Part shown: positions 36,401 to 50,200 of the stretch, piece by piece | Layout: each line of letters begins with the position of its first letter | Position numbering within the stretch: position 1 is the first letter of the stretch | DNA from: Ascidiella aspersa | Lineage: Eukaryota | Assembly: GCA_963924565.1 (NCBI GenBank) | Contig: OZ004612.1 | Span: 26,288,001-26,352,000, forward strand | Direction: 5' to 3' | DNA length: 64,000 nucleotides | Position numbers and translations under genes: made by a program | The notes under the pieces: model-generated | What the model saw: only the letters and a program-made list of their open reading frames with translations | What the model was told of the DNA's origin: nothing | The model's database searches: none

Positions 36401-38420
36401 TGTAGTTAATTATTTGCACTGCATTTATAGTTGACCTCTTGCAATCAGTTTAAATTTAAACTTTTTTACAAAATACGGAGGTTTAATGGTATATTTCAAC
36501 CAAAAAAATTAAACTGATTAAAAATTTCTTTAAAAGTAACCTTTACTTACAACTTAACCAGTTCCACGTATTTATGTGCAAATTTAAACAAATACCCATA
36601 TGTTGGCTGGAAGTATCTCGTCTTCTGCCAATCCAGTTTCAATATCGACTTTGGCGAACGAACCGTCGCTTCTTCTGTACACATATTCCTCGCCTGCATT
36701 GAAGTGAAAGGCTTAAGTATTAAAGTAAACGTTGTGTTTCGATAACAGCCCACAGGTGATTACAATATATTGCCTGTCAAATATTGCGTTGTCGTAATCC
36801 AAATGTAATTCGTATGATTTGCTTTGTTCTAAGATGTTTTGTTTTCACATTTTATCGTTATAAATATGTTTAACGAAATCGAAAACGATGGTTTAGCTTA
36901 GAGAACAACTTATTTTTACATTTTCGTGCCTCTATTTATGTTTCCTAGAATTGTTTTGCTTAATGGTCCGATTTATTGGGCCAAATAGTAAAATTGTGCA
37001 TAAACGACATCATTCATAGTTTTGATGTCAAAACAAACAAAAACAACTATAACCTGCAGTGAGGTTCAAACTTCGACCTCGGCTATACCGGGACCGTCGT
37101 TCTACCAATGAAATACACAGGCTCAGCAGCAACTGTGATCTAGCCCTTCTGAAGCTGCTTTCTTGACCACCCATTAAGCCTAGAAGTCGTGAGTTCGAAC
37201 CTCACTAAAGGCTGATAGTTGTTTTTCTATCCTACCTTGCTTTTATCATTAAGCGACAGATTCGGTGAGTCTACGATGGTTTTCGGTGTACTGATACGTA
37301 AGCCGTAATCGTTGGTAAAAAACAGCTTTAGAAAGACTATAGTGTAGATCACAGTTGTACATTTGTGTGTGTAGGCTATCTCTCAGTTGAAAGTGATGGG
37401 TGTTTCGTATCTCTATTACACCTTTAAAATCTAAAAACAAAATCAATCAAGGCCCAATACTCTTTCAATGTAGCATGCAATAATTTAAACAAATATGGCG
37501 CCGTTTACCTGACACCCAGTGCGGATAAAAGCTTTTAGCGCGAAACTCCCCGTTCAAGAAGTCGTTAAATTCCATGTACTTCTTGTCATCGGCTTTAGGA
37601 GCAGCATCTGGAGAAACAGAGGCAAAATCTCGAAGTGCAAAGTTTACATTAACCAACTGTACTCAAAAATATGCTTTATAAAAAAAAATAGCAGACTTGA
37701 GAAGTATATTTGTATTGTGACATCAATTTATGACGTCATCTCTAGAATTAATTTGCTCGGAGAAGTTTAATTACAAGTTTTTAGATTTGTAATATACCTA
37801 GTAGCATCATGAACATCAAAACAGACGTGATGCTCTCAGCGTGCTACAAACACCTGTTCAAGACTTAGAGTGATTCGTTTTCGAAAATTGCTTTATCGTG
37901 TTGTTGCTTGCATTTTTTTTAAATTTTTACTTTGTTTTTGCTTTAATTTATATTATACAAGCGTTGAACGTGCTTCACCCTGGAGAAGGTAACTTGAATA
38001 GGTTTTCGAAACGTTGGAGGAGAAATATAAAACACCTGCTCAAGGATTAGATGCCACGGTAATTAGATATCGCAAATTGTTTTATCGTGTTGTTGCTCGC
38101 GTTTGTTTTCATTTTTCTGTTGTGTTTTACAGTAAGTTGTACTACGAGCGTTCGACGTCGTTCACCTTGAAGAAGGAGACCTAAATAGGTTTCCGAAACG
38201 CGGAAGAAAAAGTACAATTACAAGGTGAGCTGTTTTCAGATTAGTAAGTCAACCAACTAGCCCTACCTCGTTTTCCCCTTTCGCCGACGTTCAAGTCCTC
38301 GTTGATCGAAGAAGACACGAGAAGAAAGAAGAGCAAAGTGCCCACAATCTTCACAACGATTCCGACGGCAAATATGCGCCGTTTGTTGTTCCAGGCCGCT
38401 CGCAAAACACCGCGAAGCAT
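24435..38420 (-). CDS. DPP4: Dipeptidyl peptidase 4 / FAP-like type II membrane serine peptidase (S9B), 18 exons, about 804 aa (isoform/cassette A)
   Basis: GT-AG, phase-consistent exons: 38420-38267, 37607-37509, 36693-36596, 36259-36182, 35758-35703, 34947-34836, 34362-34211, 33294-33126, 32856-32712, 32344-32163, 31430-31292, 30815-30678, 30141-30043, 29455-29321, 27680-27547, 26572-26451, 25532-25394, 24698-24435 (sum 2415 nt). N-terminal signal anchor; motifs [85 protein letters not shown]. The symbol indicates family; DPP4 versus FAP orthology is not resolved. Confidence 0.92.
26041..26414. mobile_element. hAT-type MITE (TIR CAGTGGTTCCCAAAC)
   Basis: Inverted termini; 8-bp TSD cgttagac/cgttagag. 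Confidence 0.8.
27074..27278 (-). mobile_element. tRNA-derived SINE
   Basis: Minus-strand head GCCTGTGTAGCTCAGTTGGTAGAGCG...GTGAGCTCGAACCTCAC with A and B boxes, followed by a shared non-tRNA body. Copies at 12731-12830, 21600-21796 and 37050-37340. Confidence 0.8.
27758..28172. mobile_element. AAGTC/GACTT-rich MITE copy
   Basis: cagtggttgtattgaattaagtc...ttaacaacactg. Confidence 0.68.
30536..30590 (-). pseudogene. Partial tandem duplicate of the 3' part of DPP4-like exon 12, with its donor site
   Basis: [19 protein letters not shown]|GTAAGG versus [19 protein letters not shown]|GTAAGG at 30678-30732. No in-frame acceptor found. Confidence 0.7.
33792..34166. repeat. Direct repeat of about 100 bp (33792-33894, 34064-34166) flanking a MITE family 1 remnant
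   Basis: gtttcgagtcaaaaacgtacagtttataatggattctgtgtgacattgat is identical in both copies. Confidence 0.8.
34415..34722. mobile_element. Degenerate hAT-type MITE
   Basis: GAGGTTCAAAACTGGG...GGGTGCCG...GACTGAAAAACACTG; resembles the element at 6336-6526. Confidence 0.5.
37050..37345. mobile_element. Rearranged tRNA-derived SINE fragments in both orientations
   Basis: Head fragment at 37050-37125 (-) and gtcgtgagttcgaacctcact plus body at 37186-37345 (+). Confidence 0.65.
37848..38215. repeat. Two diverged tandem units of about 180 bp in DPP4-like intron 1
   Basis: aacacctg.tcaag..ttaga, ttatcgtgttgttgct and aataggtt..cgaaacg are shared by both units. Confidence 0.7.
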
Positions 38421-41400
38421 CGTTGGCGTCGCGATCAAAGTCTAAAGCTAGGACCGTTTTCAGTTACGTAACACTGTACAACTGCCACAACGGATATGTT
38501 AGATGTATAATGAACCCTACAGCAGGTTAATTCCGTAAATTTTACAATACAACCGAAACTATAAAGATCACTTTTGTTGGATTTTGAGTGTCTTCCTGGC
38601 CAAAGTTTTTAAGTTTTTGATAAAAGTGTATAAATCAAAATATCGTTTGTTTAACACACAACTAAAGCTGTCCAGATTTACTAAATGTGAAGTGGTACAA
38701 GTTAAGCGTTGCAAATAAAACGAAACTATGAGGATCACTTTATTTAATATTTTAAGCGTCGTGGATGTCAAAGTGTTTCATAAAACGTATAGTTTGTTTT
38801 AGACAAACCTGACTATCCTGTTGTACTAAAAGTTTTACCTCCAGCGATCTACGTTAAAGGAAAAAATCACACTGCATTGAGGTATGGCGTAACAACAAAT
38901 AACAAATGCAACTTGATTTCAATGCGAACAATTAAATCCTTACTGTGCTTTTATCATGTCACATATTGCATTCCAATGCATTAGAGCAGGTTTATAGGTT
39001 TTCTTTGTGCGACAAAACTAAGTCAGCTTAGCAAAGAGTGCATGGCCCATTAGTTAAGAATTGCTGCGCCACAGCACTTAACTAAATTGGGTAAAAATAA
39101 ATATAAAAAAACTTTTTTCACCACAGAATTACCTGTCAGAGTTTGACATTTCTAAAAAACGTAAATCATCATCACTAAGACTTAGGCCTCATAAACATGG
39201 CTGGCCTATATATGGAGACCGTACAATTGCTAATATGCGCGTATATTCTACGATGCTTTTCTATAAACGCTTTTTACTCCTTGCTAACAGTCAGCATCAT
39301 ACATTAAGCTTGAATCATTTTCGATTTAGCGTGTATTGCTAGACGCACTTTGTTCGCCAAACACTGCTTCAATCATTAATCGAATATAGAAACGCTTGCA
39401 AGTGTGTCGCCGTAAGTTATTTGCGCAGACCTTTGGCTGCCTATAACCTGTGTACACAAAACTGTACAGCATGGACAGCAAGTAAACAACCAAACAAGAA
39501 AGCTTTTTTGTGAGTTGGCACGAAAGCGACTTGCAAGACGCGGCGCCCATATTTCAAACAATGTGCTCAAGGTTCAAGATGCCCGTTATTTAACTTTTTA
39601 ATCCAACACCCGATATTATACACAAAAATATCGCGATTTGATCTGACATCTAATGACGTCATTTTGATGGCCAAACAACCAAAATAGATGAAATGGAAAC
39701 CTTGAAAGATAGTATTTACTGTATTTTAGCCCAAAGTTTTTGTTAGTGTTAAGGTGTTTGGTTACCTCCAGTTGTCATCCTATATGCTACATTTTTTATT
39801 TTCCTTTCCAGGTGGGATCCTTGTGTTAAAATCCTGATTAAAAATCTTGGGTTATTTTGATATCAGAGCATTATAGTATCGGATGAATAGAGATACTACA
39901 GTTTGGGACACGGTAACAGATCCGACCTGGTATTATTGGACATTCCTGCTCAAGGTCACGTTTTAACATGCCTTGATGTTCGAAGCTGCGAAACATGTTT
40001 ACCTTCATTACAAACACGTGTTTTCTCTATGTTGGCATCGTTGCTTGCGCGAATCGGTACAAAGTGAAAGCATTTTTCATCCATTCCAGTAAAGTTCGAT
40101 TAGAAAGTTTTTTTTTAATTTACGTTAACTTAGTCGGCCGACTTTTTTACTTAGATCTTGAGCTTTTTAATTCTTGTGAACGAGATTGTGTTAAAAATAG
40201 ACTGTTGTCTTGTAATTTTTAAAATCTCTGAAATATTTTCTTGTTGTTTTACCTGGAAAGCCGCCTAGTCAATCTTAAGGTCGTTATTTTTACATTAACT
40301 TGAAAACGAAAACTCAATTAAAGTTAAGATTTAATGGCAACGTGCGCCACCAAGCGGAAAATACAAGAGCAGAGTTCAAAAATATCGAACATCATTGGCC
40401 TGGGAAAATACTTTGACCAAATTTTGAATCCAAGGCTGTATAAAGTATGACATAATGCTTAATTGCAGCTACTTGCAACGATAAAAATGTTTTAAATAAT
40501 GTTTATATTTTTAAGCAACAAATCTGTGGGGCTGTGAAAATTGTAATTAAGGTAGAAACACACTCCTTGTTTAAATGGCATACTCAACCAAGCCAGATTG
40601 AAGTTCTCCCACTATAACTACTAACTTAGCTGTAAATATACTTAAGGTTGTTTACCCATTAAACTAATTATGTTAGTTGTTTTGCTATTAAACAATCCTT
40701 CGATTCATGTCCGTCGTATTTGTCACTCATGTTCACAACAATATATCCGTGGCGTTCTGAAAATTGGTATGTTGAAAATACGATTTTATAGACGCTTTCC
40801 GAATATGTCGCTAAATCATAAATTACCGCCATCTGGTCGATATATTCGACGTAAGAGGAGAGTTAAAAGTTAAATATCATTCGTAGTTCTATATTTATGG
40901 AGCCAGTTGCATGTTCCATTTTTTACAGCTAATATTTACCTAAAATATTTCGAACATAATGTGTAAGTACTGTATTGCTTTTTGTTCGTTGTAATTAAAA
41001 TGGTTTATTGTAGAATTCCACACATAAAATGAATATATCAAAGCCTGGAGAGAACTTACCACCCAGTGGTATTTACCACCCAGTGGTATTCTAAATCTGT
41101 CGAATAACTCTTTATTCATTGTGAATATAAACACATATTTGTTAAATTATTGGCCTGAAAACTCAAAACCAAAAACTGCAAATCCTTTAGATATTTTTTT
41201 AAATGTTATTTTAATGCAAAACAAGTATCGTAAATAAAACATTGATACATCAATAATTTTAACACAGGATAGCCTCTATATATGTGGGCCTAAAACTAAA
41301 CTCCAAAATTATAAAATTTCCTTCTGTTGATATTTGAAAGCTAAATTGTTACGTCATATTGAAATTGGTGTTCTCATCCAGAACAAGCGTTGTATACCAT

Positions 41401-43104
41401 TGTAAGTAAACAAAACACAGTTTGCTGTGCTTTGAACCAAATAATGTCCGCTACTGTTTTGAGTCACAATGCTTGATCATCCGAATGGAATCCAATCAGC
41501 CAAACACGTGACCTCGCATCGTTGCTAGGGGCAACGCAGGGTCAGGTAACAGTCTCCAAATCGTCATGGGAAAACGCCCGGGACACTCGAGGCAATGCGC
41601 ATGGCTTGGCACAGATTAAGGGCCCCCGAACGGGGGTTGATTGCCCCCTTGTTTATGGCACTCGACCGTGTTTTCCTTGCCCCAGGGAGGACTGGGCCCG
41701 CGCCATGGTTCCTCAGGAAGGAAAAGTCCCAATAGTACAGTAGATAAATGTAGATGAAAATGGTTTTTAAACTTGCTTGGTTTGCTCACTAACTCCATAT
41801 TTGAACCTAGCAAAGGTTCGAATGCACAAGACTTGCTTAAAATATTAAATAAAAATTAATTTAGATAAGTTTATGTCTAACTATTTTTTGTGAGCGATAT
41901 TTGTCCCCCTTGTTCACCTTTGGGAAAAATGCGGCATGGTACGTCACAAGAAAGTTCTTAGAAGCAAAGTGAAAGTGTACACCTTGATTTCTGGCTTAGC
42001 TCCAATATGAAGTACGGTACCCTGAGATGTTTCTATAGGTACCTTGTGGCAATTTTCCCCCGACTGAAGAACTCATTTGTGGCAATTAAAAAAACAAAAA
42101 CAAACCTATAAAAAACTAAAGATGCTTCAAGCGTGTGAATCTTTCTGTTTTTTGTTAATCAAGACGCAATTCTCGTCAACCTTTCTTCACGGTCCGATGT
42201 TGCATATTACAATTCAACGGCAAAGTCAAGCCTTTTCAACACTCCACAAGTCAAGTTCCAACTAGGTTATTATTAGAGCAAATCAACTCCAAGTCCAATA
42301 TTGTTTCTAAGCAATAAAAAAATAAACAATAAACCATTGAAATCGTTGAACTCTTCGGATTAGGGGCAATAATATGAATAAAAATAGCAAAAAACAACAT
42401 GTAGCCGTCTAATCGTTAAACGTGCAAAAATTGAGATAATAGCTCAATTTTATATTACAATGTAAAATTAAACACTCAATTTGAACCCAAGAGATTTGTC
42501 TTAATGAAACAAGTCCACGTTAAGTCAAGTCAAGTCATTTCAAAACAGTTACTTTGGTGGTCTTAGTCTTAAGTCAGGTTATCGATTGGAGTCATTACTA
42601 CACTATCAATCTCGTCTCTTTATCTTTCTACCCAGCCACAGTTGCATTGGTGGGTTAGGGGTAACAAAAGAGAGCCCCTTTTGTATTCACGAGGGGCATG
42701 CTCGAAATGGGGTAGGGGTCCCCGCGCGCGCGGGCGCGATTTTTTTCTCGTGTGAAACTGAAAACCGCGACGCCTCGAGAGGCAAAGGTGAAGCTTTGGC
42801 CGGGAGGCAGTCGGAATAGCTCGCGCGAACCTCAAAGTGCCGAGAGCGCCGCTCGAGTGAAATTAACTCCTCGGTTTTTCGAGTGCTTGAAAAATAAATC
42901 GCAGGCAAAGCGGCACGATTAATCGCCGGCTGAAAACAAATAACCCAAAGGCTATACAAGGGTCTGTAATTATTAAAGAGCCCACACTGGGCAAACACAA
43001 AAGGTCTTGTACTATAGTGGTTTCTTTCGTTTCCATTTCACAAAGATCAAAATACAATTAACAAAAAAAAATTATTTTCCTAGTTGTTTTCATTATAACA
43101 CGGA

Positions 43105-43297
43105 CTCCGGCAATAAGACCGAAATAAGAACAACCTCGACGTCGGAATAAAATACAGTTCGGAATAAGACCGATATAGGACTAATACCTATAATATAGTC
43201 ATGATAACGGAAAGATCGGAATAAGTCCTAAATCCGTCGGAATAAGACCTAAATGGCCACTTTGGTGGTTACCGAGGTCCAGTGGGAATAAGACCTG
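43105..43297. repeat. Cluster of about 7 irregularly spaced (TC)GGAATAAGACC motifs
   Basis: Copies near 43108, 43121, 43142, 43159, 43216, 43237 and 43285. Confidence 0.65.
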
Positions 43298-44074
43298 AAG
43301 GCGCTGCGAAAAAAATCGGCGTGAAAAATGCGTGCAACATTGGTTTAAACTCCAAAATGTCTTCGTTATAACGGTTGACTTTTATTTATTGTAAACAAAC
43401 AATAAAAGTCAAAGTTTACAACCCGAGTGAAACAAGGATCAGAAATTGTACACTGGTACAGTCACTTTCCTATACGCCAAAAAGTAAAATACATGTACAT
43501 TATACTTATTGTATTGATGGATAACTTTATACTCTTATTAATACAATAAAATTCAGTTGTTGATTTACAAAGAAGAACATGATCTTCTATTTGTATCCTA
43601 ACATAATTATTTTTTGGAAAAAATGATTTAACATTTTACCTAAATTACGAACAGTCTACTGATTTATTTGGTTTGAAGCAAGGATATTTTTTTACGATTT
43701 GTTTGTCTAGAGAAAATTTCTTTCATACTAAGCATACAATTTAATTTGTGCTAAAATATTTATAAGCAAAAGGCCCTCGTCGTGCCTTTTTTCTCGACAG
43801 TACGTTGTGTCGCCCTTGAAACAGCATAAGCGTAACACGCTTCGACACAAAATGGCGTCCAAAAAATGTGCACCGAAGGTTTTTCAAAGATGCAGAATTA
43901 AGCGTTTCGTTGTGAAAACAAACAGGGGCCTAAATTAATCAATCGAGGGAGTATCTGAAACAATAAAGTCGTTTACGCGAACATCGGCGTGGTAGTTTGT
44001 TGCCTGTATTTTCATTATAAAACAAATGCCTTTGCTTGTGAATGTCGTACAAGTAGCCTTTATAATTGGTGAGC

Positions 44075-44210
44075 ATAATGGTTGGAGGTTGTAGTAAGAC
44101 GTAGTAAGAATTTGCCCATACAGAAGTAGGTGGCATTTTGGACGTTTTGAACAAATCGTAGTTCATTTTCAACAACGTTCAAAATGATACCTACTTCTGT
44201 ATGGGCATTA
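44075..44210. repeat. Palindromic dispersed element copy
   Basis: gcccatacagaagtaggt...acctacttctgtatgggc, preceded by the same ataatggttggaggttgtagt flank as at 22560. Confidence 0.72.
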
Positions 44211-47200
44211 AAATTCTTAGTATACGTTTAAACAATTCTTCCTTCATTCTTTTCACCCGACCTTTACGCTTTAACCTGAAGCAGCGGAAATTTAAAATTC
44301 ATCTACATTTCTGTACATGAAATTGTTCAGTATACATTCGTTTGTTTGTCGACAAAGGAGTCAACCAGATTTTGTTGTCTCAGCAGAAACGCCTGCGAAT
44401 TTATAATCTCGAAAGAAACCATTATTGTTGTTGGCAAGTAACTTAGAAATGACTCAAGTCTCAGTCAAGTTATTCATAAAATAACTTAAGTCCTAGTCAA
44501 GTCTAAATTCGAGCAAGTCAACTCCAAGTCAAGTCCTTTTGTTATTAACATAAAACCTAAATTATGGTAATCTCGTCCGATTGTCAGCAATAACTCAAGT
44601 AAAAAAATAACAAAGCGCAACATATAGGAATAACATTGTGTTATGTGCAAAAATTAGGATAAATAACCATATTTGGTCCAAAAGACTTAAGCCAAGTCAA
44701 GTTAAGATATTTTTCTTAAAAGACTTAAGTCAAGTATTTTAAAAACGGTAATTTAAGTGCAAAAGCAGTAAATTAAGTGCAATTTAAAGTCATTGACATA
44801 AGTCATTAAACCCCTGGAAACCATGCAGTGGTCAAATTGCACGTTCACTTAAAAACAAATTGATGCTTTCCCAGCGCCCCGGTGTAGGTTTCTAATGGTG
44901 CTAGAGACTGAGAGGGAAACCAAACTTCCGGCTATCCTATTTGCCTCAGCCCCTTGACAGCAAAAACAGCCCACTCAATCCAAGTAAAGTGCTCCTCGGC
45001 TATAAGCATGTGTGGCTGTAAACGCTCTGGGCTATAGATGGCGATTTTGACGGCGCCATTTATGGGGCTTAGCGCTTTTGGCATAGCTGGGGCAAGCTGG
45101 GGGTCCCGGGGGCCGGAAACACGATACCCCTCACCCTCTCAAGCCGCTAAGCACCGGCCGCTCCGCCACTGTTTTCACAAAACAACGCCAGCTATGGGAA
45201 ACTGCCATCGGCCGTGAAGTGAAGCGGAAAAGAGTCGAACTCGGCTCGGGCTCATTTCGATTTCAATTAACCCCGGGGCGTCCTCTCATTTGCGAAATGC
45301 GCCCCTGATGCCATTTTTTTCTCATTTTGAACGCGCAGTAAATTTGTTTTTACTGTCGCTTTACGCACCTTAGATTTTTTTCGTCAACGTATTATTTTTG
45401 CGGTTGCTTGGTGGTTTTGGTAAAGGCAATTTTTACCTTTACTTGCCCGTATCACACTATCTAGTTTCAGAACTCATGTTTTTACCAATACGTGTTCATA
45501 ATTTTTATAACAAATGGTTGTTTGTTTTCTTGTAGTGCCTCAGCGCCACTCTTTCGGTCACGGCGTGACTTTTCACATTGTTGTTTAGAGTCAAAACTTG
45601 TAATGTAAATATGAAATATTTTTGTTAGTTTTTTTGCAATAGAAAGTAGAGCTATAGAAACAATATAACATTTGTAAAAATTGCAGTAATGATATTTCAG
45701 CAATGTTGTCATATAAGCGTTTACCATTTGTTCAAGGTTCACCAAAATTATTTACATTGCCTTCAACAATTTGAAACATATGAAATCAAAGTGAACTTGA
45801 ACAAGGAAAGTGTGAGTCGCTCATCTAGAGAGAAGACCTGATCCCTTTAAAAAACGTAACAAGCACTCTTGATAAATGTTGACATCTGCATCCAAAACAA
45901 ACACAGTCTCGATTTCCAACAAGCAAATACAAGAGCGCTTATACCAGTCCGGTATCTCCCAGCGGTTCCTGAGAGCATTTGGTCGCGGAAAGACAGGAAA
46001 GTATTAGCAGCAAGAACAAGCGCCTGATTGAAGATGAAGAATACACGCATTTCACCTGCCTAGGAAAGTTTAAAGTTACAAATCCCGAATGTCCGGCTAA
46101 AGCACCGTAAACAGGTTCCGGCTCAGTTGTTTGGCGAGGATAATGTTCAATCAATTAGTGATAAACCCTCCAGTCGAACTTATTGACTGACATGCCAAGC
46201 ATACACACTCGAGTAATTAGTTTCCGTGCATTTTAAAGTTCGACGTGGGAGACCTAAGTAGACAGACAATGTCTTTCATTCTGTCTATACCATGCTAGTT
46301 TACTTGGCAACTTCTACATTATATAAGTCATTGTCTTTCTAGTTCGTGCACATCACAAAATTGTTTGTCGAATGAACACCTTTGCTCTGACTCTCTTTTG
46401 CAATGAAAATAGTTCATTTTCCCAGCAAAAATATTTATCTCTCATGGGCAAATGGCCGAGATTAATTTGCCCTTCAGGCAAATTCCGAGAAATACTTTGA
46501 AGATTTGCCACAATAATTGCATACAACAAAAATGGCACCCATTGATATGATTTCATGGTTACAAAACTTGACGTTTTGTTGTCTATATGGAAAGATAGTT
46601 TATTCATCATAAGAAATATGTATAATACCTTACATGTTTTAGTCCGACAAGCAATAAAACTTACATATTTCGTCTGCAAAAAGCAATAAAATTAAACTGG
46701 TGTTTGAGTATTGTTTTAGAGTCAAGTTTCTTAAACAAAATTTTCATTTTTCAATAAACCCAGATTTATGCTTTCCTTTGCTCTCTTTGTGTGTGTACTT
46801 TTTCGTAAAAGCAACGGCAGCCAAAACAAAACAGATTTAGCACATAACACACTCTCAAGTACGCCCTCCGCTCTTTACACAAGGGAGCGACTGTAACGCA
46901 ATCCGTCGGGCAAATTCAGGTGAGAAGCTAACCTAGGGGCGTCTTTGATCCCCAAGCGAAGAGTTTTAGCGCCCATAGACGCCGGTTTCTGCTGCCTGAG
47001 AGGGGCGCAGGCGACGATAATGAATTGTTTGCACATCCCTGACTAATGTGTCCCATCAGCGGGGGTCTAGCCTGTCGAAAAAGATTCTGGCGAGTTTACA
47101 GACGGCCAAAGCCTCGAAGACTTGCCTCCAGGCATGCTGTAACAACACTAGCTATTCTTGGGGTCCACTAAGGGGCCGTCAACTCGCCAAAGCATGCAAC

Positions 47201-50200
47201 ACAGCTGCCTGCCACATGCCATGTCTTGACCCTGGGTTAAAAACTAGTGGTCTACTGTGTGTGTGAAGTAATCAGGGATGGTTCAAAAATTTTTCTCGAG
47301 GAGGGAGGCGGTATTTTTTATCAGGCCGCTTGTTATTCGTTTATATGCCCAGATTTCTTAACGATTCTGTTATTTAAAGATAAGGGTTTGCCTAGCTTAG
47401 TAAGTTAACAGTAATTTAGCAACATAAGGTATATTATGTAGCATAAATGGTTTGGAGTTTTAGTAAAACGGAGTAAAAATATCAAAACCCATACTGAAGT
47501 ATGTTTTCTTGCATACGCCGGTTTAGTGTATTTCTCCTTGTTTCCTTCTTTGTGGCAATAAATATATAACTAGAATAGGTGCTTCGCACCATCTTAAAAA
47601 TGCATGAAGAGATATTTGAAACGTTCAAAATGCTACCTTCTTCAGAAAGGTAAATTATAATTTAAAACTTTAACACAAAACTTTCTATTAGCGGGATACA
47701 GAGAACATGTTTTTTGCTAATCAACATAAAGCACCTTAAACGTTAAACCATTTGTTCTAACTCGGTTGATTTTTTGTTTTGACATTCATTTTCATTTTTC
47801 GGTTGGCTTCCATTTAATAAAAATCATTTTTAATAAAAGAAATGTAAAATAATCTTGTTGTGAAGAATTTTTGTGAACAAGCAAGTTTAGAAAACAAACT
47901 GTAAATTCGCAAAAAAAATTAAAATTAAAAAAAAAAATTGGCTACTTTTACAAAATTGACTACTTTTTACACGGTACTAGTAAGAGATAAATCGAACACT
48001 AAAAAATTGTAAAATAAAACTGGCGCAAAAAACTTAAAGGCTTTATAAATACGCGTGGTACTTCATAACTAAAGACATCTCAAATATTACAAAAATATTT
48101 AATTTTATTTTACCGAATTTTGCTTTTGAAGGACTGTTAGATCCCAGGGGTGTCGCCCATATCTGTCCTCTTACAGTGGACACGTATACACACACACCAA
48201 ACCTAATAAAAACAGCTCCATGGTCTCGCCAAATTCTGTCCGCGGGCCGACGAAGCGTCACCCATAAAGTGCCCCCGAGAAGACACTCGACTTTTCGAAG
48301 GGGGAGCAAATTACTCGCGCATTTGTGGGGGCAAATTACCGGGGACTGTGGGTGGGCAAGGGTGAGCAAGGGTGAGCACTCGAAGGTGAGAGGGGTACGC
48401 TGAAATTTCTTTGAGTACTTTGCCGTGTATCTATTGGGGTCACGACTGGCTAATGTAGCGCCTGCTACCTTTGGAAAGACTGTGATAATTGTATTTTGTC
48501 ATATGATTAAAGTTTGAGTTAAGTGACATGTATAGCGAGCTGTCGCGTTTGCTGCCAATGTTGTCTTCTGACCACGTTAAACAGTTGCACATTTTGGTAA
48601 AGTCAGCTAAATATTTACTTAGTGATACGCTTCTGTAAATCGTTCAAATAGATTCTTTAGATTAGTCAAAACTGTAAAACGTTCGAAAATCGAATTAATT
48701 ATTGACATAATTATACCCAGAATATAAAAATATATAAAGAATATTACCACTAAAACATCTTTCAAATTTTTGTTTTGCACACAAAGATTAAACCAATTTG
48801 ATATGTATTTATATATTCAAGATTTATCAAAGAATTAAATATGTTAACAACTATGATTAAACACTTCCGTTAGATGGCGATGTTGTCACAGTAAAGTTAA
48901 CGTAACCCATTATTTTCGGTCTAGCATATAAACAACCGAATATTGGACAAATATGGTAACAATTGGCAAAATTGCCATTTCGACCTTAAAGTAGCAAGTC
49001 AGGACATATAAACAAACTATTTGGCTTCCATAGCTATATGTTTTGCTCAACCATTTTATTTTACGACGAATTCTTCAGTATTAAATAAAAAATTGTAGTC
49101 ATCCCTTGTGATATAAAAATTGCCTTTATAAGGGGTAAAATACCCGTAATTTGTGAACATATACTGGGTCAATTTCCTTCGAATAAACGTGAGCGATGTT
49201 TCTTTTGATATCAACTAAACCTTAACGTCGAAATTTAATTCTATACCTGTAATAAAGGCAGTCAGAAACGCACCGTTTGAAACAGAATCTATCATCTCAC
49301 CGCAAGGGCTGATTTCAAACGGTAGGCTGGCCTGACTTTAATGCCAAGATCGCGAAGACCTTATTAGCGGGCGCCGCTCGCCTATAAAGCAAAGTATCGT
49401 TTTCCGCAATCCAGGTGCGGAGTAAGTCAAGGCGCCAACGCGATACGACGGCATTACGGTGGCAGATAACACGCATAGCAGGCAGCTATATTGCTATAGC
49501 GCTTAATATTGAACGGAGCCTTAGACGCCTTAACGACGCTCGACAGGACAAGATAATAGCGATATTGAATCAGATAAAGTCCTACATTCACCAAGCAGCA
49601 GTAGGCAGCACAACGGTGTATATTGTTGCCAGCTATGGTACCCGGGTGGCCTGCTATGGTGAGTTTAGCTTGGATCTGTAAGTAACCGATACCCCGGGTT
49701 TTGGGATCCGGTTATTGCTCACAGACTATGGCGGGTTTATGCACAGCAGTCAATATGCTGGCGCACCTGAGAGCGCTTAGCCTTTGGACTGTGTTGTCAG
49801 CAGCGCTGCATTTATCATAACAAAAAGGAAAGCGGGAAATTTAAGCACTCGTAGATAAGAGCGGTCGCAGAATGTCAGGAGAAAGTTGTAGGTAAAGCAG
49901 AACTTCATATTGCAGAATTTCCCAAGTCTTGAATACAGGATACCTGAAATCAAAAATACAATGGGATTTTTCGACTTACATCTGTACAAAGTTAAGTTGT
50001 ATAACGATATGGATTGTATTATTGCGTTCCGAACTTCGGAAAAAAATCCTAGAAGCTAAAAACTTGCAACGCTCTCGGCGGTCGTATGAAAAAAATAGTT
50101 CAACCGTCTGAAAATCCTTTTTTATAGTATAATCTCGTGTCATAGTAGGATTAAATCACTGTATAGCGTATAGCGTCTCAAAGGATTCAAAAGGGCTTCG

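Noticed and set aside
41654-41675. miR-183-like seed TATGGCAC
   Set aside because: Only the seed matches; there is no supporting hairpin or 3' similarity.
43105-43297. CRISPR-like array
   Set aside because: Repeats are only 11-13 nt with irregular spacers, there are no cas genes, and the context is eukaryotic.
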